64,000 nucleotides of DNA, from NCBI GenBank assembly GCA_017511375.1, contig JAFWKJ010000002.1, positions 12,090 through 76,089 of the forward strand, in the 5' to 3' direction. This DNA comes from Bacilli bacterium (GTDB lineage Bacteria; Bacillota_I; Bacilli_A; RF39; UBA660). The notes below the pieces were generated by a model. That model ran no database searches and had not been told where the DNA came from. It was given only the letters and a program-made list of their open reading frames with translations. Positions 48,377 to 58,511 of the stretch are shown here, one piece after another; position 1 is the stretch's first letter, and each line of letters opens with the position of its first letter. A program made the translations under genes and the position numbers.

Positions 48377-49363
48377 ATGGGAATTATTAAAGAACGTAGA
48401 AAACTCAATAAAGCAATTCGCAGTGCAAAGACCGTCTTTTTAATGGCACATAAAAACCTAGATTTAGATGCCTTAGGAAGTCAAATCGGTATGTACATGT
48501 TATTAAAAAAGAAAAAGAAGAAAAGTTTTATTGTAATTGATGATAAAACACATGAGGTTGGAGTAGAAAAAGTATTAAGAGAACTAGAAGGATGTATTGA
48601 TTTAATTCACGGAGATGAAATCGAAGAACATTTATACCCTAGAGCTTCTAAAAACTTGCTAATTATCTTAGATACAAACAAGAAAGAATTGGTACAAAGT
48701 GAAGAAGCGTTATCAAAAATAAAGAATAAATTAGTAATAGATCATCACGATATTGGTAAGACAACGATTAAAGATGCCAATCTAATTATTGATAATAAAA
48801 CATCTAGTGCTTGTGAAATGGTGGCAAATCTTATAGAATATTATGATATAGAGATTGAGCCATATTATGCCACAATCATCTTATCTGGAATTGTGCTAGA
48901 TACCAATAACTATACTTTAAATACGAATGCGGAAACATATTATACATCTTATTATTTAGCAAGTTTAGGAGCAAGCGCTAAAAAGGTACAATACCTATTG
49001 AAACAGAATATTGAAGAGTATGCAGAAAGACAAAAACTATTGTCATCTATTGAAACAATCAATGACAACGTTGCTTTTACAAAGGCAACACAATATACAC
49101 AATATAGAAGAGAAGAACTTGCTAAAGTAGCCGATACCCTTTTGTTCTTTAACAATATAGAGGCGTCTTTCGTAGTAGGAAAAATTGCAAAAGACACAAT
49201 CGGCGTAAGTGCAAGAAGTTTAGGAAATTATGACATCAGTTCCATTTTAGAAAAACTAGGTGGAGGGGGAGATGCAACAAGTGGAGCCGCAACTTTTGAA
49301 AAATCAACGATCAGCAAAGTAGAACAGGAAATAAAAAAACTAATCAAAGAAGAAGGAGAATAG
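48377..49363 (+). CDS. Stand-alone DHH/DHHA1 phosphoesterase at the gdpP (yybT) locus
   Basis: DHH motifs HKNLDLDALGS, ILDTN, VIDHHD and VLDTNNYT. The DHHA1 motif reads GGGGDATSGA. 328 aa, with no TM, PAS or GGDEF region. Lies upstream of rplI-dnaB as gdpP does in Bacillus. Confidence 0.75.
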   Translation: MGIIKERRKLNKAIRSAKTVFLMAHKNLDLDALGSQIGMYMLLKKKKKKSFIVIDDKTHEVGVEKVLRELEGCIDLIHGDEIEEHLYPRASKNLLIILDTNKKELVQSEEALSKIKNKLVIDHHDIGKTTIKDANLIIDNKTSSACEMVANLIEYYDIEIEPYYATIILSGIVLDTNNYTLNTNAETYYTSYYLASLGASAKKVQYLLKQNIEEYAERQKLLSSIETINDNVAFTKATQYTQYRREELAKVADTLLFFNNIEASFVVGKIAKDTIGVSARSLGNYDISSILEKLGGGGDATSGAATFEKSTISKVEQEIKKLIKEEGE

Positions 49364-49364
49364 A

Positions 49365-49805
49365 ATGGAAGTTATTTTTATCAAGGATTTAAAAAACCAA
49401 GGTAAAAAGGGGCAGATTAAAACGGTTAAAGATGGATATGCCGAAAACTATTTAATTAAGAATGGTTATGCGGTAAAAAAGACAAAAGAAAATCTATCAA
49501 AATTAAACCATGAAATAGCCAAAAAAGAGAAACAAGATGAAGAAAACAAACAGAACGCAATCAAATTAAAAGAAAAGTTGGCAAAAGAGACACTAGAATT
49601 TAAAGTAAAGACAGGAGAAGGGGACAAAGTTTTTGGAAGCATCAGTGTTAAACAGATCAAAGATGCGTTACAGAAAAAAGGGTATGAGATTGAAAAAAGC
49701 AAAATAGAAATCAAAAATACGATTCAATCCCTTGGCTTTCATAATGTAACAATCAATCTATATCTAGAAATAGAAGCAGAAATAAAAGTACACGTTATAA
49801 AATAG
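49365..49805 (+). CDS. rplI: 50S ribosomal protein L9
   Basis: MEVIFIKDLKNQGKKGQIKTVKDGYAENYLI is the L9 N-domain. Confidence 0.94.
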   Translation: MEVIFIKDLKNQGKKGQIKTVKDGYAENYLIKNGYAVKKTKENLSKLNHEIAKKEKQDEENKQNAIKLKEKLAKETLEFKVKTGEGDKVFGSISVKQIKDALQKKGYEIEKSKIEIKNTIQSLGFHNVTINLYLEIEAEIKVHVIK

Positions 49806-49815
49806 AGGTGATAAA

Positions 49816-51177
49816 ATGCCAACCAGAGCATTACCAAACAATTTAGAAGCCGAAGAATCCGTATTAGGATCATGCTTTTTATCTAAATATGCACTTCAAA
49901 AAGCAGCAGAGACACTTACACCAGAAGCATTCTATAGCGAGAAGAATGCCAAGATTTTTGCAGCCATGATTGCCTTACAAGAAGGAGCAACCCCAATCGA
50001 TATAACAACCGTAACAAGCTATTTGAAAAATAAGAATATGCTTTCTGAAGTAGGGGGAGTTGAGTACTTAACAGAGGTATTAAACTATGTGCCTACCGCA
50101 AGCAATGTAGATTATTATATAAAAAGTGTAGAAGATTCAAGCGTATTAAGAGGATTAATTACTACGGCAGAAGATATTGCCCAAGAGGGATATAATCAAG
50201 AAGAAACAATCAACGAAATTTTAGATAATTCTGAAAAGAAGATTCTAAATATAGTTAAAAGAAGAACCTCATCAGAATTTAGAACGATTAAAGACATTGT
50301 TTCTAAAACAAAATCAGATTTAGAGAGACTGTCAGAAAGAGATGGAGAAATCACGGGACTAGAAACTGGATGGATGGATTTTGATAGAATTACAACAGGT
50401 CTACATCCAAATGAACTTATTATTATTGCAGCACGACCTGCCATGGGAAAAACAGCGTTTGCGCTAAATTTGGCAACCCATGTTGCCATGACGCAAGATA
50501 AAGCAGTTGCCTTATTTAACTTAGAAATGAGTGCTGAGCAGTTGGCTATGCGTATCTTTTCATCTCTAGGCCAAATTGATGGATTTAAACTAAGAACAGG
50601 AAAGTTGTTAAACCCAGATTGGAAAAGAATTAATGAAGCGGCTTCTCAATTATCAAATACAAATCTTGTAATGGATGATACACCAGGAATTACCATAGGA
50701 GAATTAAGAGCTAAATGTAGACGACTTGCAAGTAGTGAAAAAGGCCTAGCTCTTATCGTAATCGACTATCTACAATTACTTTCAGGAGGAAGAAACTATG
50801 GGGCCAATAGACAACAAGAAGTATCGGACATATCAAGAAGTTTAAAAACACTAGCTATGGAATTAGGAGTACCTGTAATAGCTCTTTCTCAGTTATCACG
50901 TAGTGTCGAATCACGAGATGACAAGAGACCATTAATGAGTGATTTACGTGAGTCTGGATCCATTGAGCAAGATGCCGATATTGTTGCTTTCCTATATAGA
51001 GAAGACTATTACAATAAAGAATTAAGATCAGAAGATAATAATAGTATTAGTGAATTGATCATAGGAAAACATCGTAATGGACCAACCGCAACCATAGAAT
51101 TATTATTTAAAAAGAACACATCAACCTTTTTAAGTTTAAGAAAGAATAAGAATGAGGAGGGAAAACCTAGTGCATAA
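49816..51177 (+). CDS. dnaB: Replicative DNA helicase (DnaB family; called DnaC in B. subtilis)
   Basis: LPNNLEAEESVLGS N-terminus, ARPAMGKTAF Walker A, VIDYLQL, and an ALSQLSR arginine-finger region. Confidence 0.95.
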   Translation: MPTRALPNNLEAEESVLGSCFLSKYALQKAAETLTPEAFYSEKNAKIFAAMIALQEGATPIDITTVTSYLKNKNMLSEVGGVEYLTEVLNYVPTASNVDYYIKSVEDSSVLRGLITTAEDIAQEGYNQEETINEILDNSEKKILNIVKRRTSSEFRTIKDIVSKTKSDLERLSERDGEITGLETGWMDFDRITTGLHPNELIIIAARPAMGKTAFALNLATHVAMTQDKAVALFNLEMSAEQLAMRIFSSLGQIDGFKLRTGKLLNPDWKRINEAASQLSNTNLVMDDTPGITIGELRAKCRRLASSEKGLALIVIDYLQLLSGGRNYGANRQQEVSDISRSLKTLAMELGVPVIALSQLSRSVESRDDKRPLMSDLRESGSIEQDADIVAFLYREDYYNKELRSEDNNSISELIIGKHRNGPTATIELLFKKNTSTFLSLRKNKNEEGKPSA

Positions 51178-52675
51178 AAATATAAAAGTATTATTAGGAA
51201 TAATATGTATATATGTTTTTACTACAGGTTTTACTAGTTTTTCAAACAAACCACACGATCTCTATAGAGTATATTTAAAAGGACAATCTCTTGGATTAAT
51301 TGAATCTAAAAAAGAGTTAGAAAACTATATCGACCAAGAACAACAAGAAATAAAAAAAAGATATAACGTTCAAAAAGTATATGTCCCAACAGATCTTGAT
51401 ATTGTGAAAGAAACAACGTTTGATAAAAAAGTAAAATCAGTAGAAGAAATATATGAAGAAATCAAAGATACTTCTCCTTTTACAATTAGTGGATATGTCG
51501 TTAAGATTAGGGGATTAGATACCGTAGGAGAAGACGGAAAAAAAATAAAAGGAAAAACACAAAAAATTTATGTAATTGAAAAGAAAATTTTCACAAACTC
51601 CATAGAAAAGGCAGTAAAATCATTTATTCCAGAAGAAGACTACAAAAATTATGAAAATGATACACAACAAGAAATAGAGGATGTTGGAAAGTACATTGAA
51701 AACATTTATATTAAGAACAAAATAACGATAAAAAAAGATCTAATTCCTGTGGATAAAAAGATCTATCAAACAGAAGAAGAATTAAGTCAATACTTATTGT
51801 TTGGAACAACAGAACAACAGCAAAAGTACACAATTCAAGCAGGAGATACAATTCAAGATGTCGCTTTTGCTAATAAGATATCTACACAAGAATTCTTAAT
51901 CGCCAACCCAGAATTACAAAATGAAAACAGTTTATTAACACCAGGACAAGAAGTAACTCTAGGATTATTAAAACCACAATTCAGTGTAGTAGAACAAGAC
52001 AGAGTCGTATTTAAAGAAGAAAAAAATTTCTCCACCGAAACAAGATATGATAATGATAAATATGTTGGTTGGAGTGAAGTAATTCAAGCAGGAATCAAGG
52101 GAGAAAACAAAGTAACCCAAGTGGTATATAAAGTAAACGGCGTAGTAGAAAGTAGAACACCAATCAATACAGAAACCTTAAAAGAACCCGTAAATGAAAT
52201 TATTATAAAGGGTGGAAAACAATCCCTATACTATGGATATGGTTCACCACTTCCATATGCTGGAGAATGGGGCTGGCCTGCAACTTGTGCTTCTATTTCA
52301 AGTCCATTTGGATGGCGTTGGGGATCTCTACACGATGGAACCGATATTGCTGGTTGTGGATATGGATCTAATATTTTCGCTGCGCAAGCAGGAACGGTTG
52401 TTTTCTCTGGTATGAAATCTGGATGGTATGCAGGAGGATATGGTGATAATGGAGAATACATTATTATCGATCATCACAATGGATACTATTCAATGTATGC
52501 ACATCTATGCCCAGGTTGTCGTTCTGTAAAAGAAGGAGATTACGTAGAAAAAGGACAACCAATTGGAGGAATGGGTATGACAGGAGCCGCAACAGGAGTA
52601 CACTTACACTTTGCAATTTGGTATGGATATCCTTATATGGGAGGAACTCCTTTAAACGCAATGCAGTTCTATTAA
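51170..52675 (+). CDS. Secreted or anchored M23 metallopeptidase with LysM and G5 domains
   Basis: Signal anchor. LysM (YTIQAGDTIQDVAFANKISTQEFLIANP). G5-like region (ETRYDNDK...IKGENKVTQVVYKVNG...EIIIKG). M23 motifs HDGTDIA and HLHF. Likely GTG start at 51170 (GAGGAGGG 8 nt upstream), overlapping the dnaB stop. Confidence 0.82.
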   Translation: MHKNIKVLLGIICIYVFTTGFTSFSNKPHDLYRVYLKGQSLGLIESKKELENYIDQEQQEIKKRYNVQKVYVPTDLDIVKETTFDKKVKSVEEIYEEIKDTSPFTISGYVVKIRGLDTVGEDGKKIKGKTQKIYVIEKKIFTNSIEKAVKSFIPEEDYKNYENDTQQEIEDVGKYIENIYIKNKITIKKDLIPVDKKIYQTEEELSQYLLFGTTEQQQKYTIQAGDTIQDVAFANKISTQEFLIANPELQNENSLLTPGQEVTLGLLKPQFSVVEQDRVVFKEEKNFSTETRYDNDKYVGWSEVIQAGIKGENKVTQVVYKVNGVVESRTPINTETLKEPVNEIIIKGGKQSLYYGYGSPLPYAGEWGWPATCASISSPFGWRWGSLHDGTDIAGCGYGSNIFAAQAGTVVFSGMKSGWYAGGYGDNGEYIIIDHHNGYYSMYAHLCPGCRSVKEGDYVEKGQPIGGMGMTGAATGVHLHFAIWYGYPYMGGTPLNAMQFY

Positions 52676-52676
52676 A

Positions 52677-53432
52677 ATGAAGATTAAAACCATTGCTAGT
52701 GGATCAAAGGGAAATTGTACAATTGTGTTATGCAACGAAACAAATTTAATCATTGATATGGGAATTTCCTTTTTAACGTTGAAAAAGACATTAGAAGAAA
52801 ATTCCCTTTCTTTTGAAGATTTTTCAGGAATCTTAGTAACACATTGTCATAAAGATCACACGAAAGGCTTAGCAACCCTCCTTAATAAAACAAAATTAAA
52901 TGTATATATTCCAGAAGGAATGTATGAAAGTTTAAAAGAGTTTATTCCATACCCAAAATGTATTTTTATAGAAGATCAATTTAATATCAATGATGTAGAA
53001 ATAGAATTAATTCATACATCACATGACGCTCCTTCCTCTGTTGGATATATCATGAGTCAAGAAGAAAAAAGTCTAGTGTATGTGACAGACACAGGTTATA
53101 TCAATAGAAAATATTTAGAAAAAATGAAAAATAAAGATTGTTATTTAATAGAAAGCAATCACGATGAAGTGATGTTAATGGATGGACCTTATCCAAGGTT
53201 CCTAAAAGAAAGAGTCATAAGCGATAGTGGACATCTTTCAAACAAAACAACTTCATCCTATCTAAACAAAATAATAGGTCCTAAAACCAAAACAATTATT
53301 TTAGCGCATCTAAGTGAAACAAATAATACAAAAGAAAAAGCAATGGAAGCGATTCAAGAATTAAATCTTTCCAAAGAAATAAAAGTCTATATTGCAGACC
53401 AGTATGTAGAAGGACCTATGATAGAGGTATAA
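52677..53432 (+). CDS. yycJ: MBL-fold metallo-hydrolase, YycJ/WalJ-like
   Basis: HCHKDH (HxHxDH) motif, about 250 aa. Lies upstream of rlmH as yycJ does in Bacilli. Confidence 0.75.
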   Translation: MKIKTIASGSKGNCTIVLCNETNLIIDMGISFLTLKKTLEENSLSFEDFSGILVTHCHKDHTKGLATLLNKTKLNVYIPEGMYESLKEFIPYPKCIFIEDQFNINDVEIELIHTSHDAPSSVGYIMSQEEKSLVYVTDTGYINRKYLEKMKNKDCYLIESNHDEVMLMDGPYPRFLKERVISDSGHLSNKTTSSYLNKIIGPKTKTIILAHLSETNNTKEKAMEAIQELNLSKEIKVYIADQYVEGPMIEV

Positions 53433-53433
53433 T

Positions 53434-53889
53434 ATGATTAAAATTATTACAGTAGGACAAATCAAAGAAGCCTATTTAAAAGACGCCATAGAAGAATATA
53501 AAAAAAGATTGAGTAAATATACCAATCTAGAATTAATAGAAGTAAAAGACGAAGGCATTGTAGAAGAAGAAAAAGCCTTAAAATTAGAAGCAGAGAAAAT
53601 AGAGAAATACCTAAACCCAAAAGAATATGTAATTACACTAGAAATTGAAGGAAAAGGGTATACCTCTATAGAGTTTGCGGAAGCAATAAGAAAAATTCAA
53701 ATGGAAAATAGTAATATTACTTTTATTATAGGAGGAAGCTATGGTTTAGCAGAATCAATCAAACAAAAGGCAAATATGCACCTATCTTTTTCAAAGATGA
53801 CCTTTCCTCATCAATTATTTAGAGTACTATTACTAGAACAAATCTATCGAGCATTTAAAATAAACCATAACGAAAGTTATCATAAATAG
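53434..53889 (+). CDS. rlmH: 23S rRNA (pseudouridine1915-N3)-methyltransferase
   Basis: SPOUT fold (IIGGSYGL, HQL.R..L.EQIYRA), 151 aa. Confidence 0.9.
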   Translation: MIKIITVGQIKEAYLKDAIEEYKKRLSKYTNLELIEVKDEGIVEEEKALKLEAEKIEKYLNPKEYVITLEIEGKGYTSIEFAEAIRKIQMENSNITFIIGGSYGLAESIKQKANMHLSFSKMTFPHQLFRVLLLEQIYRAFKINHNESYHK

Positions 53890-53902
53890 AAGAAGGGATA
53901 CA

Positions 53903-54565
53903 ATGATTGGTAATAATTGGGACACCTTACTAAAAGAGGAATATCAAAAAGAGTATTTTAAAAATTTATTGGATTTTGTCAAAGAGGAGTATAAAAGCAA
54001 AACTATCTATCCAAAACAAAATGAAGTTTTTAACGCTTTTCGATATACGGACTATCAAAATGTAAAGGTAGTTATCCTAGGACAAGATCCTTATCATGGA
54101 CCTAATCAAGCGGAAGGATTATCCTTTTCTGTGAAAAATGAGGTCCTAAAACCCCCTTCTTTACAAAACATTTTTAAGGAACTAGAAAGTGATTTGAAAA
54201 TACCATTTCCGGAAGCAAACTCACTTAAACCCTGGGCAAAACAAGGAGTATTACTACTAAATGCAGTCTTAACGGTAGAAGAACATAAACCGACATCTCA
54301 CAAAGAAAAGGGTTGGGAAACCTTTACAGATGACGTTATAAAAATCATGAATGAAAGAGACGAACCAGTTGTATTTATTCTATGGGGATCTTATGCGAGG
54401 TCCAAGAAGTCACTGATTACGAATCCAAAACATCTTGTGATAGAGTCAGCACATCCTTCTCCTTTTTCGGCACGAAACGGATTTTTTGGAAGTAAACCCT
54501 TTTCCAAAACGAATGCCTTTTTAAAGAAAAATGGAATTAAGGAAATTGATTGGAGAATTGAATAA
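53903..54565 (+). CDS. ung: Uracil-DNA glycosylase
   Basis: VVILGQDPYH, GVLLLN and HPSPFS motifs. Confidence 0.94.
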   Translation: MIGNNWDTLLKEEYQKEYFKNLLDFVKEEYKSKTIYPKQNEVFNAFRYTDYQNVKVVILGQDPYHGPNQAEGLSFSVKNEVLKPPSLQNIFKELESDLKIPFPEANSLKPWAKQGVLLLNAVLTVEEHKPTSHKEKGWETFTDDVIKIMNERDEPVVFILWGSYARSKKSLITNPKHLVIESAHPSPFSARNGFFGSKPFSKTNAFLKKNGIKEIDWRIE

Positions 54566-54626
54566 AAAAATCCACAACACCTGTGGATAAAAAATCCTAA
54601 GTCTTATCGATTTAGGATTTTTTTAT
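54564..54626. terminator. Pair of hairpins between the convergent ung and TPM genes
   Basis: ATCCACA-acacc-TGTGGAT at 54570-54588 gives a U-run on the minus strand. AATCCTAA-N11-TTAGGATT at 54593-54619 is followed by T7 on the plus strand. Confidence 0.7.
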
Positions 54627-54634
54627 AATGGTTT

Positions 54635-55366
54635 CTAATAACGATGATTATAGGGATAAGGCCCATCATCATGACGTGTTCCTGTTTTGTTGACAGTAAC
54701 CTTTCCTTGCGTATGATGAAAATCATATAGTTCTTCCTGATTGATATTAGTTTTATTCTTATACTTAAATAGTAAGAATAAAAAACTTAATAGGAAGGAT
54801 AAGGTTAAAGCAATAAATACACTACTAGCATATCGTAAAGGCTCTAACACAATTCCACCAGATAACAGGGTATTGAATTTTGAAAAAGCATGGGATGCAC
54901 AACCATAATAATTTTTTTGGGACATATAAGAAGAAAGACTCTTATCAATAGAATATACTTTATAATTTGTAATGATTTGTTTGTTTTTCCCTTCTGAAAA
55001 AATAGAAGTTTTATTATGTTCTGCATCGATCATAAACAAACTACCAGTACTTGTTCCATAAAATGATTGATATACGTGAATCGCATAGTATTCTTCCGTA
55101 GTAGCATCTGTAGAGAAAAACAAAATATTACCATAATCGGTAAGAGGAATCATTTCCTTCAATAGTTTTTCTTTTTCGTTTTGTGTTAACAAATTTGCAT
55201 GATCGACAATTCTAGCTTCATAAGAATTATTACTATTTTTATAAAGCATATCCTCTTCTTCAAGATTCACAGGGGTTTCGTTATGTGGATTGTCTTCTAA
55301 TGCAAATACAAAAGATACAGATAAAAAGGCAATCATTATTAAGAATAACAATAATTTTTTACTCAT
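54635..55366 (-). CDS. TPM-domain membrane protein (YdjH/YgcG-like)
   Basis: Signal peptide MSKKLLLFLIMIAFLSVSFVFA. ARIVDHANLLTQNEKEKLLKEM is typical of a TPM-domain N-terminus. C-terminal TM segment. Start set at ATG 55366. Confidence 0.7.
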   Translation of the reverse strand: MSKKLLLFLIMIAFLSVSFVFALEDNPHNETPVNLEEEDMLYKNSNNSYEARIVDHANLLTQNEKEKLLKEMIPLTDYGNILFFSTDATTEEYYAIHVYQSFYGTSTGSLFMIDAEHNKTSIFSEGKNKQIITNYKVYSIDKSLSSYMSQKNYYGCASHAFSKFNTLLSGGIVLEPLRYASSVFIALTLSFLLSFLFLLFKYKNKTNINQEELYDFHHTQGKVTVNKTGTRHDDGPYPYNHRY

Positions 55367-56978
55367 GTTCATCACCCCCACGTTTTTCTAACTGAGGAAT
55401 TGGTCTAGAGGCCAATTTGTTCTGTAGTTTTACTAAATCATAAAAGGATAATAGTATTAAAGATAAACTAATAACGGAAGAAATATAATAGTAATAATCA
55501 CTAATAGGATTTAGGATAACTATAATAGTAGGAATAATGACGGATGGAATAATTTTGACTAGGAAACTATTATCAAAAATTTGAAAATCAGGTTGAACTC
55601 TTCCTTTTATATTTGCAAAAAAGTTAAAGAGAAAAAACCATAATAATAATACAACCATAACAAAGGAAGCTACATAATGAAAACCAGTAAGACCATACAA
55701 TTTGATGAATGCTTTACCACTGATAACTAAAACACCCGTTAAAATAAGCATGCTGATTATACCAAAATTAGCAAGGAATATGATTCCTTTTGCTTGTTTC
55801 GTTTTTTCAGTTTTTTCCTTACTTGTTTTTTCATCTTTTTTATGAGAATAATATCCAATATCCTTATCTCTTTTTTCTTTCTCATTACATTTAATTAATT
55901 GTTTAAGAAAAATAGCAGTACCTGCAATGGCAGCAAAAAGAGCAAATCCATTGATAATAGAAGGAAAAATAATTCCCAAAGAATTTACAAAAAAGAAAAG
56001 CGGAATGGCAAAAAGAATAGAGAAAAGTAAATATTTTTTAAAATCAACAGGTAGATCTGCACACACTTTCCCCGTTTGCCCATTAATAATCGCATAATGT
56101 AAATGTTTGTTATCCTTATCTCTTATGGCAGTAAAATAGACAGGACACAATCCTGTTTTTCTCTCTGTAATTTGATAAGGTACTTTTGGATCTTGACAAT
56201 TGTAATTCATATAAACAGGATTGTGCATTAAATGTCTTCTAGATATATTTTCAGCAATCTTGATAGCTTTCTCATCATAAACACTCTCATCTAAATCCTT
56301 ACAATCTGCATAAAAACCAGGTAAATAATTAGAATTAAATGGTTTTGCTTCTTTGTAATCAAAAGGAATAGATTGACTATATTCATCATAATATTTTGAT
56401 AATAAATCAAAGGAGATTCCATTACAAGTAGAATCTACTTCAGAATGTAAATCATATTGGTCATAATAAATAAAGTCATCTTTAAAATCAGCATACTTTT
56501 CTCCTTTATTAACACAGTCACCAGAAAAATGAAGATTATATAGTTCATAAGGCATATAGATACCTCTAAATCGATTAACTACAAGATCTGATTTCATATA
56601 ATTTGGGCAAAACCAAGCATTTGTGATTGCTTCCTTGTAATTAGCAATACACTCTTCTTGTGTCTTAGAAAATGGGATAATAAAATCAGGTGCCGTTTGA
56701 ACAACAAGTTTATCTTCTAAAACATTTTGGGAACCACAGTAACTACAAAAAGTAACAGCCGTTTCATCAAAAGATAAAAGGGTAGCCCCACATTGACTAC
56801 ATAAATAGGATTTTCCTGAAAGCGTTTCTTTTTGGGAAAGATCTTCTACTTTTTTAGCTTTTTTAGTATCTTGCACTAGTTCCGAAGCATCAAAATCGGC
56901 TCCACAGTAATTACAATGTACTTTTTGTTTTTCTACAGAAAACTGTATTTCACCACCACAATGAGGGCATTTACTCAT
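55359..56978 (-). CDS. Double zinc-ribbon polytopic membrane protein (YdjG-like architecture)
   Basis: CPHCGGEIQF...CNYCGADF and CSQCGATLL...CSYCGS ribbons, a ~230-aa soluble region, then about 6 TM segments. Confidence 0.7.
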   Translation of the reverse strand: MSKCPHCGGEIQFSVEKQKVHCNYCGADFDASELVQDTKKAKKVEDLSQKETLSGKSYLCSQCGATLLSFDETAVTFCSYCGSQNVLEDKLVVQTAPDFIIPFSKTQEECIANYKEAITNAWFCPNYMKSDLVVNRFRGIYMPYELYNLHFSGDCVNKGEKYADFKDDFIYYDQYDLHSEVDSTCNGISFDLLSKYYDEYSQSIPFDYKEAKPFNSNYLPGFYADCKDLDESVYDEKAIKIAENISRRHLMHNPVYMNYNCQDPKVPYQITERKTGLCPVYFTAIRDKDNKHLHYAIINGQTGKVCADLPVDFKKYLLFSILFAIPLFFFVNSLGIIFPSIINGFALFAAIAGTAIFLKQLIKCNEKEKRDKDIGYYSHKKDEKTSKEKTEKTKQAKGIIFLANFGIISMLILTGVLVISGKAFIKLYGLTGFHYVASFVMVVLLLWFFLFNFFANIKGRVQPDFQIFDNSFLVKIIPSVIIPTIIVILNPISDYYYYISSVISLSLILLSFYDLVKLQNKLASRPIPQLEKRGGDEHE

Positions 56979-56990
56979 AGTATCACATCC

Positions 56991-57971
56991 TTATTTATTC
57001 TGAGCTTGAACTGCTGTAATAGCAATAACACCCACAATATCTTCTGCAGAACAACCTCTAGAAAGATCGTTTATAGGAGCAGCAATTCCTTGGGTAATAG
57101 GACCATAAGCTTCTGCTTTAGCAAGTCTTTGAACAAGTTTATATCCAATATTTCCTGCATCTAAATCAGGGAATACTAAGACATTGGCATGACCTGCCAC
57201 ATCACTATCAGGTGATTTTGATTTTGCCACTTCAGGAATAATGGCTGCATCTAGTTGTAGCTCTCCATCCATTCTATATTCAATATATTGTTCTTTCGCA
57301 ATTTTTACAGCTTCTACTACTTTATCAACATCGGCGTGAGAGGCACTTCCTTTTGTAGAGTGAGATAAGAATGCTACTACTGGTTCTTTTTCTACTAATA
57401 ACTGAAAACTTTCAGCACTACTTGCTGCAATAGCAGCCAACTTTTCAGGAGTAGGATTTTGTTCTAGACCAGCATCAGCAAAAATAAAGGTTCCATTAGA
57501 CCCATATTCACAGTCAGGAACAACCATTAAGAAAAAGGCAGAAACAAGCAAAACGCCAGGTTTTGTTTTTATGATTTGTAGAGCAGGTCTTAATGTATTA
57601 GAACTTGAGTGGCAAGCTCCTGAAACAACACCATCTGCACGACCAGTTTTGACAAGCATACAAGAAAAATACATATAGTCTTCTAATAATAATCTTTTTG
57701 CCTCTTCAAGAGTCATTCCTTTGTCCTTACGTAATTCATAAAGTTGATTTGTTAGTTCTTCTGTTAATTCAGAAGTAGCAGGGTCCATAATAGTAGCCTT
57801 ACTTAAATCAAACTTATCACTCACTGGATGACCAATTAAAATGATATTTGCAAGATCTTCTTTCATGGCAATACTAGCTGCTTCTAACACTCTTTCATCC
57901 ATTGTTTCTGGAAGAACAATGGTCATTTTTTTGCTTTTAGCACGATTTTTAATACTTTCAATAAAATTCAT
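56991..57971 (-). CDS. pta: Phosphate acetyltransferase
   Basis: 326 aa. MTIVLPE.MDERVLEAA, HSSSNTLRPALQIIKT and STKGSA match short-form Pta. Confidence 0.9.
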   Translation of the reverse strand: MNFIESIKNRAKSKKMTIVLPETMDERVLEAASIAMKEDLANIILIGHPVSDKFDLSKATIMDPATSELTEELTNQLYELRKDKGMTLEEAKRLLLEDYMYFSCMLVKTGRADGVVSGACHSSSNTLRPALQIIKTKPGVLLVSAFFLMVVPDCEYGSNGTFIFADAGLEQNPTPEKLAAIAASSAESFQLLVEKEPVVAFLSHSTKGSASHADVDKVVEAVKIAKEQYIEYRMDGELQLDAAIIPEVAKSKSPDSDVAGHANVLVFPDLDAGNIGYKLVQRLAKAEAYGPITQGIAAPINDLSRGCSAEDIVGVIAITAVQAQNK

Positions 57972-57980
57972 ATTCTATCC

Positions 57981-58511
57981 TCACTTTTCATTGATTACAT
58001 CAAATATTTCTCTTTTTTCATTATTATAAAAACTCTTTTTCTTATATCGTTTAAAGAAACCAATAATATTAGAAGGAAAGGAAACAACCAAATTATTATA
58101 AGAAACTACCGTATCATTATAAAATTTAATAGCTCCCACTATGTTTTCTTCATTTTCATTTAAACCAATAAGAATATTTCCTAAGGTTTCACTTTTTAAT
58201 AGTTTTTCGTTATCATCAATTAATTTAAACAAATCATTATAACATTTCTTTAAAATATCATTTTCATCAAAATTACTAATCTCTTGGAAATTTTGTTCTA
58301 ATTCAGGTAAAAAATCTTCTAGTTTTAACTCTTTAGAAACAACAGGTCTTGTACGATCTAATAATTCTCTCTTTTTTTCTAAATAAATGTCGATATCTTC
58401 CTCAGCTTTTTCAATCTTAATAATTGCTATTTGAAAACGATTATTGATAACAGTACAAACAAGTAGAATAAAGCTTACAATAGCAATTCCACCTACAATA
58501 TACATCCACAT
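57981..58511 (-). CDS. lemA: LemA family protein
   Basis: N-terminal TM segment and C-terminal FYNDTVVSYNNLVVSFPSNIIGFF, which matches the LemA YN..v..yN..i..FP.n signature. Confidence 0.8.
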   Translation of the reverse strand: MWMYIVGGIAIVSFILLVCTVINNRFQIAIIKIEKAEEDIDIYLEKKRELLDRTRPVVSKELKLEDFLPELEQNFQEISNFDENDILKKCYNDLFKLIDDNEKLLKSETLGNILIGLNENEENIVGAIKFYNDTVVSYNNLVVSFPSNIIGFFKRYKKKSFYNNEKREIFDVINEK

